DNA from: a virus
Strand: one strand, 5' to 3'
Length of the DNA: 64,000 bases
Virus record (IMG/VR): IMGVR_UViG_3300022539_000562
Notes under the pieces: model-generated
The model's input: only the letters and a program-made list of their open reading frames with translations
The model's database searches: none
Told to the model about the DNA's origin: nothing
Program-made: the position numbers and the translations under genes
Part shown: positions 1 to 6,222 of the stretch, piece after piece
How positions within the stretch are numbered: the first letter of the stretch is position 1
Layout: the number at the start of each line of letters is the position of its first letter

Positions 1-873
1 AAATATAGAGGAATTGTTCCTGAAAGTGCAAATAATTTCTGTGGTCATGGAGCAACTGGTGCTAAAGGAGTATATACTATTTTTGAAACTGAAGAATTAG
101 GTATTCTTGGTCATCTAACTCATCTTGCTTGGTATATATTTCCTGAACATATGGCAATTAAAGATGAAAATGGAGATTTATATTGCAGTACAAAATATGA
201 TATTAGACATTTTGGTAAAAATCATGTATATAATGGAAATTATAATTTGAATACATTAAATGGAAGATGGGCTGTTCCAGGAAAAACTTATGCTCAAGCA
301 ATTACTAATATTGCTAATTATATTCTTAATTATAAACAAGAAATAGAAAATAAAGTAAAATTTGACCTCATAATTCAAATGGGACATGTAGGCAGAACAA
401 GAGGAGCAACAGGAGCCAGAAATGAACAAAAATTTACAAAAGCATTAGGAGAAGCTTTATATAAAAAAATGAAAAAAACAAATCTTAAAATCCGACTTAT
501 GGGAGCAGATAACTGGCTTAAAAATAAACCCAATTTATGTAAATGTTTCTTTTCAATTCATTATGATGGTTCTCTTAATAAAAATGCCAAAGGAAGTAGT
601 GTAGGGTATCCAGAAAATTCTAATCCTATGTTTGCTCACAAAATGCATAATACTTATACAAAATTATCAAAATTTCCTCAAAGAAGAGATAATTATACAA
701 AAGGACTTAAAAATTATTATGCTTGGAGAAAAAACTATGTAATTGCAGATTATTATTGTTTATTAGAACATGGTTTTGGTACAAATGTGTATGAATGTGG
801 CTGGATGTTTTTGAATATAGAGGAAATTGCTGAATGTCATTACAAATCAATTATTGAATTCTTAAATGAATAA
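1..873 (+). CDS. Endolysin, 5'-truncated: glucosaminidase-like (GH73-like) segment plus C-terminal N-acetylmuramoyl-L-alanine amidase (Amidase_3)
   Basis: Frame +1 is open from base 1 (KYRGIVPESANNFCGHGATG...FETEELGILGHLTHLAWY) into the listed ORF. Amidase_3 Zn motifs: MGH, NE, SIHYDG, LEHGF. Confidence 0.75.
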   Translation, partial: KYRGIVPESANNFCGHGATGAKGVYTIFETEELGILGHLTHLAWYIFPEHMAIKDENGDLYCSTKYDIRHFGKNHVYNGNYNLNTLNGRWAVPGKTYAQAITNIANYILNYKQEIENKVKFDLIIQMGHVGRTRGATGARNEQKFTKALGEALYKKMKKTNLKIRLMGADNWLKNKPNLCKCFFSIHYDGSLNKNAKGSSVGYPENSNPMFAHKMHNTYTKLSKFPQRRDNYTKGLKNYYAWRKNYVIADYYCLLEHGFGTNVYECGWMFLNIEEIAECHYKSIIEFLNE

Positions 874-1300
874 AATGGAAAAACAAAAATTACCAAAAAA
901 AATAAAAAGAAAATTATCTGATTTTAAATGGAAAACTGGATATTTTTATTCTAAAAAAAATAAAAAAAAGTATAAATTTAGAAGTTCATATGAAAAAGCA
1001 ATTTTCAAAATATTAGAAAATGATAAAAATGTCATTAAATATGAATATGAACCTATTATACTTTTCTTTCATTATAAAGGCAGAATGAAAAGATACTTTC
1101 CAGATTTATTAGTTCAATATACAAATAATTCTTATAAATTAATAGAAATAAAACCCAAATGGAGATTTTTAAATATTTCTTTATATTTAAAATCACAGTT
1201 GTTAGTAGCAAAAGATTATGCAGAAAGACATAATATGATTTTCGAAGTATGGAATTGGAATGAAAAAGAAAATAAAATTGAAATTATTGATTGGAAGTAA
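866..1300 (+). CDS. TnsA N-terminal-like / T4 gp4-like PD-(D/E)XK endonuclease
   Basis: FRSSYE...YEYEP...YFPDLLV...LIEIKP motifs. Confidence 0.7.
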   Translation: MNKMEKQKLPKKIKRKLSDFKWKTGYFYSKKNKKKYKFRSSYEKAIFKILENDKNVIKYEYEPIILFFHYKGRMKRYFPDLLVQYTNNSYKLIEIKPKWRFLNISLYLKSQLLVAKDYAERHNMIFEVWNWNEKENKIEIIDWK

Positions 1301-1303
1301 GTA

Positions 1304-1750
1304 ATGTCATCAGGAATGTATTTAAGAACAGAAAAACATAAAGGTAAAAATGCTCCTAATTACAAAGATGGAAGAACACTGAAAAAATATTATTGTACGA
1401 ACTGTGGAAAAGAATTATCATATTACACTGCTAAAAGATGTCAAAGTTGTGCTAATAGAAAAAATTTTAGTGGTAAAAATAATCCTAATTGGCAAGGAGG
1501 TAATTCATTCAAACCATATTCTCCAAAATTCAATAATAATTTAAAAGAGAAAATTAGAAACAGAGATAATAAAACTTGTCAATTATGCAATAAAACAGAA
1601 AAACAAAATGGTAGAAATTTATCAATTCATCATATAGATTATAATAAAAAAAATAGTAATCCAAATAATCTAATAACCTTATGTATAAGTTGCAATTTTA
1701 AAGTTAATTATAATAGAAATTATTGGATTAAATATTTTAGAAAAAAATAA
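1304..1750 (+). CDS. HNH homing endonuclease with Zn-finger/NUMOD-type N-terminus
   Basis: CTNC..CQSC; NNPNWQGG; RD..CQLC...SIHHIDY...NLITLCISCN. Confidence 0.85.
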   Translation: MSSGMYLRTEKHKGKNAPNYKDGRTLKKYYCTNCGKELSYYTAKRCQSCANRKNFSGKNNPNWQGGNSFKPYSPKFNNNLKEKIRNRDNKTCQLCNKTEKQNGRNLSIHHIDYNKKNSNPNNLITLCISCNFKVNYNRNYWIKYFRKK

Positions 1751-1763
1751 TGAAATTATCAAG

Positions 1764-2096
1764 TTAGATTTTCCCAAGTTTTTCTAATGCCTCGCCATAT
1801 TCCTCTAAAATTTCTTCAAAAAATTTATGAAATTCTATCCATTTAATATGTAATTTATATGCCTCATCTATTGCTTCCTGCGGTGTTTTACAAACAGGAG
1901 ATAGATGTCTTTCTCTTATTTTTTCAGACTTTCCTTGTAATGGCAAATAACAAATTAATCCATCATTTAATAGACTTTCTTTACCCTGACAAAAAAATCC
2001 TACTATCCAAAATCTTTCCTTTTTAGTAGGATTTTCATTTTTTCCCCACAAAGTATCAAATTCAGCTTTTATATATTTATCAAGATTTATTTTCAT
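1764..2096 (-). CDS. Hypothetical protein
   Basis: 110-aa ORF overlapping the upstream ORF. Confidence 0.6.
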   Translation of the reverse strand: MKINLDKYIKAEFDTLWGKNENPTKKERFWIVGFFCQGKESLLNDGLICYLPLQGKSEKIRERHLSPVCKTPQEAIDEAYKLHIKWIEFHKFFEEILEEYGEALEKLGKI

Positions 2097-2364
2097 TTTT
2101 CACCTTCTTACATAACCAATGATTTCTCATCTTGGCTGTGCTTCCCAAAAAATTTTCACAACTTTTACAACATTTAATCCAAACTTTTTTATCCTTTTTT
2201 TTAGAGTAAGGACAATCTACATACATCTTTTTTTCACTTCCAAGTCTGTATAATCCCAAAGCATAATATTGCACTCCTTTTTCATCAAGTTCTTTATAGA
2301 GTGCATAATCCCTATGTTCTGGAGCAACATTTTGTAATTGTTCTCTTGTTCTGTGTTTAACCAT
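2080..2364 (-). CDS. Hypothetical Cys-containing protein
   Basis: 94-aa ORF with an AAGGTG SD, directly downstream of the tRNA array. Confidence 0.6.
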   Translation of the reverse strand: MVKHRTREQLQNVAPEHRDYALYKELDEKGVQYYALGLYRLGSEKKMYVDCPYSKKKDKKVWIKCCKSCENFLGSTAKMRNHWLCKKVKNENKS

Positions 2365-2388
2365 TTATTTCACCTTTATATATTAATT

Positions 2389-2464
2389 TGGAGCCAGCAG
2401 TCGGGTTCGAACCGACGACCTGTTCATTACAAGTGAACTGCTCTGCCAACTGAGCTACACTGGC
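2389..2464 (-). tRNA. trnT: tRNA-Thr(UGU)
   Basis: Cloverleaf; GTTCA-CT TGT AA-TGAAC; encoded CCA. Confidence 0.95.
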
Positions 2465-2539
2465 TGGAACTGGTGATGGGACTTGAACCCACAAAACTGA
2501 CTTGGAAGGACAGCATTTTGCCAATTAAATTACACCAGC
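2465..2539 (-). tRNA. trnG: tRNA-Gly(UCC)
   Basis: Loop CT TCC AA; U73; CCA. Confidence 0.9.
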
Positions 2540-2614
2540 TGGGGTAAGTGGCGAGACTTGAACTCGTATCTCATTGGTTCACAGCCAACACGCATTAACT
2601 TATGCTACACTTAC
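2540..2614 (-). tRNA. trnH: tRNA-His(GUG); base at -1 is C, not G
   Basis: Loop CT GTG AA; acceptor GTAAGTG/CACTTAC; C73; CCA. Confidence 0.9.
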
Positions 2615-2615
2615 G

Positions 2616-2689
2616 TGGCAAATCCACAAGGACTCGAACCTTGAACTTCTGTTTTGGAGACAGATATTTTTCCATTAAACTATGGATTT
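2616..2689 (-). tRNA. trnW: tRNA-Trp(CCA)
   Basis: TCTGT-CT CCA AA-ACAGA; G73; CCA. Confidence 0.93.
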
Positions 2690-2765
2690 TGGTAACAGAG
2701 GAGGGACTTGAACCCCCAACCTTCTGGATGTAAGCCAGACAATCTACCATTGATAATACTCTGTT
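2690..2765 (-). tRNA. trnV: tRNA-Val(UAC)
   Basis: TCTGG-CT TAC AT-CCAGA; CCA. Confidence 0.93.
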
Positions 2766-2839
2766 TGGCTGAGAAGAAAGGATTCGAACCTCTATCAATG
2801 GATTCAAAGTCCACTATCCTACCATTAGACGACTTCTCA
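2766..2839 (-). tRNA. trnQ: tRNA-Gln(UUG)
   Basis: GTGGA-CT TTG AA-TCCAT; U1:A72; G73. Confidence 0.93.
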
Positions 2840-2899
2840 TGGATTTAGTTATTATTTAAACTAAATTTTTTATTAAACCATAAAATATAATTATCAAAT

Positions 2900-2976
2900 T
2901 GGTATTCAGGGTAGGACTCGAACCTACATTAAACAGATTCTAAGTCTGCTGTGTTTGCCAATTACACCACCTGAAC
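2900..2976 (-). tRNA. trnL: tRNA-Leu(UAG), short variable loop
   Basis: GCAGA-CT TAG AA-TCTGT; variable region TTAAT (5 nt); A73. Confidence 0.9.
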
Positions 2977-3054
2977 TGGTGCTTGAAACAGGATTCGAAC
3001 CTGTATAAAATGGATTTTGAATCCACTATGTTTGCCTAATTACATCATTCAAGC
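2977..3054 (-). tRNA. trnL: tRNA-Leu(CAA), short variable loop
   Basis: GTGGA-TT CAA AA-TCCAT; variable region TTTAT. Confidence 0.9.
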
Positions 3055-3131
3055 TGGTGTACAAGGTCAGATTCGAACTGACAAAAGATGGATTTTAAGT
3101 CCATTATGTTTACCAATTACATCACTTGTAC
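3055..3131 (-). tRNA. trnL: tRNA-Leu(UAA), short variable loop
   Basis: ATGGA-CT TAA AA-TCCAT; variable region CTTTT. Confidence 0.9.
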
Positions 3132-3208
3132 TGGTAGCGGGAGTGGGATTCGAACCCACGACCTTCTGGTTATGAGCCAGTTTATCTACCTGACTGATAT
3201 ATCCCGCT
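3132..3208 (-). tRNA. trnM: tRNA-Met(CAU), initiator-like; A1 shared with the CCA of the upstream tRNA-Pro
   Basis: CTGG-CT CAT AA-CCAG; GCGGG/CCCGC acceptor; GAAGGTCGT variable/T region as in fMet; A11:U24. Confidence 0.85.
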
Positions 3209-3284
3209 GGTCAGAGTGAAAAGATTTGAACTTTTGACCTCATGTTCCCAAAACACGCGTTCTACCAGACTGAACTACACTCTG
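3208..3284 (-). tRNA. trnP: tRNA-Pro(UGG)
   Basis: CGTGT-TT TGG GA-ACATG; C1:G72; A73. Confidence 0.93.
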
Positions 3285-3361
3285 TGGTGGAACGAACAGG
3301 ACTCGAACCTACATCTTCCTGATTAAAAGTCAGACGCTTTACCATATTAAGCTATCGTTCC
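3285..3361 (-). tRNA. trnK: tRNA-Lys(UUU)
   Basis: TCTGA-CT TTT AA-TCAGG; CCA. Confidence 0.95.
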
Positions 3362-3436
3362 TAGTTGTATTGATGAGATTTGAACTCATATCTTGATGAT
3401 TAAGAGTCATCTGTTTTACCAATTAAACTACAATAC
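3362..3436 (-). tRNA. trnK: tRNA-Lys(CUU), possibly degenerate (3' CTA instead of CCA; 6-bp acceptor)
   Basis: GATGA-CT CTT AA-TCATC; ends ...CAATACAACTA. Confidence 0.75.
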
Positions 3437-3513
3437 TGGCTGTGCAGGTAGGATTCGAACCTACATCTTTGGGATTAACAGTCCCACATTTTACCAATTA
3501 ATACTACTACACA
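3437..3513 (-). tRNA. trnN: tRNA-Asn(GUU)
   Basis: TGGGA-CT GTT AA-TCCCA; G73. Confidence 0.95.
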
Positions 3514-3631
3514 TGGATTATAAGTCCTCACGCTTATAATACTACAATATAAGTCCCTGTGCTTATCAAAGGCAACCTATATAATTTTATCTCTTATCAA
3601 AATTTATGATAATTTTTTATATTAGATATTT

Positions 3632-3720
3632 TGGCGGAAGAGACAGGATTCGAACCTGTGTGGGTTTTACCCCAATGGATTAGCAGTCCATCTCGATAAA
3701 CCTGACTCTGACACTCTTCC
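3632..3720 (-). tRNA. trnS: tRNA-Ser(GCU)
   Basis: ATGGA-CT GCT AA-TCCAT; long variable arm; G73. Confidence 0.95.
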
Positions 3721-3728
3721 TGGATTAA

Positions 3729-4151
3729 TTATTTCTCCTTCAATCCATATTTTCCATCAAACCATTTCAAATAATCATCAATTCCTTGTTTTCCATATTT
3801 ATAATAAATATAATCATATGCTCTTTGATGTAATAATCCATGTTTTGAATTTGATAATAATATAATTTCATCATTATTTTCTTTTAAATAAATATGATGC
3901 TTACATAATATATTTCTTGCTTTTTCTCTAAATTCAGAATTTTGCCATTGTTTCTTTGTTGCTATCCTTAAATTTTTTTTATGTTCATCAGTTAATTTTC
4001 TACCTGTAAGTGCTTTGCTTATTTTTTTTCTAGTTTTTTCAGAATATTTTTTAGTTTTTAAATTATGTCCATTAATATACTTATTTCCTAATTTTACAAT
4101 TTGTCCACATCCACACTTACAATATTTTATTTTAATTTCACATAATTTCAT
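3729..4151 (-). CDS. Free-standing NUMOD3/HNH-like homing endonuclease inside the tRNA array
   Basis: CKCGCG, NUMOD3 repeats (SEKTRKKISKAL, TDEHKKNL), CKHH..SNSKHGLLH. Confidence 0.75.
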   Translation of the reverse strand: MKLCEIKIKYCKCGCGQIVKLGNKYINGHNLKTKKYSEKTRKKISKALTGRKLTDEHKKNLRIATKKQWQNSEFREKARNILCKHHIYLKENNDEIILLSNSKHGLLHQRAYDYIYYKYGKQGIDDYLKWFDGKYGLKEK

Positions 4152-4184
4152 TTTATTCTCCTAATTGATATAAATATTAAATTC

Positions 4185-4270
4185 TGGTAGACGAGGTAGG
4201 ATTCGAACCTACGAAGCTCTCAGCAATGGTATATAAGACCATCTCCTTTAACCTGCTTGGATACTCGTCC
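4185..4270 (-). tRNA. trnI: tRNA-Ile(UAU) with long, Tyr-type variable arm
   Basis: ATGGT-CT TAT AT-ACCAT; 13-nt variable arm TGCTGAGAGCTTC; 86 nt; CCA. Confidence 0.85.
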
Positions 4271-4359
4271 TGGTAGACAGGATAGGATTTGAACCTATGA
4301 AACTTTAATAGTAATGGCATATCAGACCATTCTCTTTGACCAAACTTGAATACCTGTCC
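4271..4359 (-). tRNA. trnI: tRNA-Ile(GAU) with long, Tyr-type variable arm
   Basis: ATGGT-CT GAT AT-GCCAT; 15-nt variable arm TACTATTAAAGTTTC; 89 nt; CCA. Confidence 0.85.
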
Positions 4360-4431
4360 TGGAGACAGAGAGGGGAGTCGAACCCCTGTGGATAGTTTTG
4401 CAGACTACCTCGATTCCAAATCTACTCTGTC
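4360..4431 (-). tRNA. trnC: tRNA-Cys(GCA)
   Basis: GTAGT-CT GCA AA-ACTAT; U73. Confidence 0.93.
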
Positions 4432-4507
4432 TGGTGGAGAAATTTGGAATTGAACCAAAACCTACAGGTCTTCAACCTATCGTGCAGACCTCTTACACCA
4501 TTTCTCC
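4432..4507 (-). tRNA. trnF: tRNA-Phe(GAA)
   Basis: ATAGG-TT GAA GA-CCTGT; G1 is the last base of the HNH stop codon TAG. Confidence 0.92.
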
Positions 4508-4962
4508 TATCTTATTTGATTATGACATCTAATACATAAAGTTAATAAATTATCTAATTTATTATTTTTCTTATTATCATTAATATGATGAACATGCAAT
4601 TTTTGATTATATTTTTTAATATATTCCTCCTGAGTTATTCCACATTTTTGACAAATATGATTATCTCGTTCCCTAATAAATTCTTTTAACTTATTATTAA
4701 ATTCTGGAGAATAAGGTTCAAATGATTTGCCACCTTGCCAATTAGGATTATTTTTACCTCTCATAATTTTTTTAATTGTTTTTCTATATTTAGGATTTTT
4801 CCAAACTTGTTCCATACTTTTACTAACACTTATGCTTATATTTTTCCTATGTTCTTCAGTAAGTTTTTTACCTTTATGTGCTTTACTTATTTTCTTTTTA
4901 ACTTTTTTAGAAACTATATGTCCTTTAACAAATCTTCCTTTATTATTTCTATCTTTGTTCAT
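4507..4962 (-). CDS. Free-standing NUMOD3/HNH homing endonuclease inside the tRNA array
   Basis: NUMOD3 repeats; NNPNWQGG; RDNHICQKC...LHVHHI...NLLTLCIRCH. Confidence 0.85.
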   Translation of the reverse strand: MNKDRNNKGRFVKGHIVSKKVKKKISKAHKGKKLTEEHRKNISISVSKSMEQVWKNPKYRKTIKKIMRGKNNPNWQGGKSFEPYSPEFNNKLKEFIRERDNHICQKCGITQEEYIKKYNQKLHVHHINDNKKNNKLDNLLTLCIRCHNQIR

Positions 4963-4981
4963 TTTTATCCCCCATATTTTT

Positions 4982-5058
4982 TGGCGACACTAACGGGATT
5001 TGAACCCGTATCTCTTGCGTGACAGGCAAGTGTCATAACCTGATTAGACCATAATGTC
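4982..5058 (-). tRNA. trnD: tRNA-Asp(GUC)
   Basis: CTTGC-CT GTC AC-GCAAG; G73. Confidence 0.95.
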
Positions 5059-5133
5059 TGGTAGAACTAGTGAGAATCGAACTCACATCATATGCTTGAA
5101 AGGCATATATCCTAACCATTAGACCATAGTTCC
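5059..5133 (-). tRNA. trnE: tRNA-Glu(UUC)
   Basis: TATGC-CT TTC AA-GCATA. Confidence 0.93.
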
Positions 5134-5223
5134 TGGCGGAAAGAGTAGGATTCGAACCTACGGAAGTTTTACCTTCAATAGTTTTCAAGACTATCACAAT
5201 AAACCTGACTCTGACATCTTTCC
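5134..5223 (-). tRNA. trnS: tRNA-Ser(UGA)
   Basis: ATAGT-CT TGA AA-ACTAT; long arm; G73. Confidence 0.95.
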
Positions 5224-5309
5224 TGGTGGAGAGAATAGGATTTGAACCTACGAACCCATACGAGAGCAGTTTTACAGACTGCCTGCTTTAACCACTTGCA
5301 TATCTCTCC
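5224..5309 (-). tRNA. trnY: tRNA-Tyr(GUA)
   Basis: GCAGT-CT GTA AA-ACTGC; 14-nt arm TCTCGTATGGGTTC. Confidence 0.95.
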
Positions 5310-5386
5310 TGGTACGCCTGGTAGGACTTGAACCTACATCTTGCGGATTAGAAGTCCACTGTTCTATTCCATTAAACTACAGACGT
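5310..5386 (-). tRNA. trnR: tRNA-Arg(UCU)
   Basis: GTGGA-CT TCT AA-TCCGC. Confidence 0.95.
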
Positions 5387-5462
5387 TGGTGGAGATAGAG
5401 GGACTTGAACCCACAACTTCAGGGTGCAAACCTAATGTTTTTCCAATTAAAACTATATCCCC
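5387..5462 (-). tRNA. trnA: tRNA-Ala(UGC)
   Basis: TTAGG-TT TGC AC-CCTGA; G3:U70. Confidence 0.95.
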
Positions 5463-5541
5463 TGGAGTGCCTGATGAGATTCGAACTCACAATCTATGGG
5501 TTCGTAGCCCATTGTTTTATATCCAATTAAACTACAGACAC
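5463..5541 (-). tRNA. trnR: tRNA-Arg(ACG)
   Basis: ATGGG-CT ACG AA-CCCAT; CCA. Confidence 0.93.
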
Positions 5542-5553
5542 TTAAATAAAAAA

Positions 5554-5594
5554 TACTTATTTTTTTAAAAGAAATAAGTAGAAAACTTTGTGGA
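5554..5594 (-). repeat. Hairpin + AAAACT element (family B) at the head of the tRNA operon
   Basis: TACTTAT..ATAAGTA GAAAACT TTGTGGA; near match to 9066-9108. Confidence 0.6.
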
Positions 5595-6087
5595 TTTAAT
5601 TAATATGTTTAAATTATAAATGAATTTATTTAAAACATCTAATTCATACCTCCACTAAACCATTCTAAATGTTCTTCTATTTGCTTACAATTTTCTTTCG
5701 GCATCTTACCTTCTTATATTTATTTCTAATTATTTATTAATGGATATTTTTTAAATCGGTTGTGTTTATTCTGTAAGATAGAGCAAACACACTTGGATAA
5801 ATCTCTAACTTACATTTGCCTATTTAAGAAATATAGAAATATCCAAAAACTATATTTCGCAAAATTTTTATAAATACTGTTTAGTAATTTAAAACCCAAA
5901 CAAGTATAAGAACTCCTTCTACACTTGGTAGATGAGATTATACCTGCCTTTGCCATCAACTTTGCTAACGCAGTTGCAGGTATATTTTAATGAAGTTTTT
6001 TTATAACTATTCATCCCTAACAACAACTAGAAAACTTCAAAACTAATTGGTTCTTTTGGGACGCCCATCAGCTTGACACATTTTTAA

Positions 6088-6140
6088 TGGCGAAAAGTAT
6101 AATTTATCTACTAAATACATAATAGGAACTTTCTATGCCA
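6088..6140 (-). ncRNA. Structured RNA motif family A, copy 1
   Basis: TGGC-ATA-GAAAGT-TCCTATT-hairpin-ACTTTT-C-GCCA. Confidence 0.7.
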
Positions 6141-6152
6141 TATTCTTTATAA

Positions 6153-6217
6153 ATAGCGAGAAGTAAATCTTTAGACAGGGTCTCCCCTGTATATAAAATA
6201 GGAACTTCTTATGCTAT
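6153..6217 (-). ncRNA. Structured RNA motif family A, copy 2
   Basis: ATAGC-ATA-AGAAGT-TCCTATT..ACAGGG(GAGA)CCCTGT..ACTTCT-C-GCTAT. Confidence 0.78.
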
Positions 6218-6222
6218 TATTT

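Noticed and set aside
866-1300. Tn7-like transposon
   Set aside because: No TnsB/C/D or terminal repeats; stand-alone TnsA-like/gp4-like nucleases are common in phages
2595-5568. ORFs 2595..2807, 4727..4993, 4735..5022 and 5341..5568
   Set aside because: They overlap tRNA genes or are antisense shadows of an HNH gene
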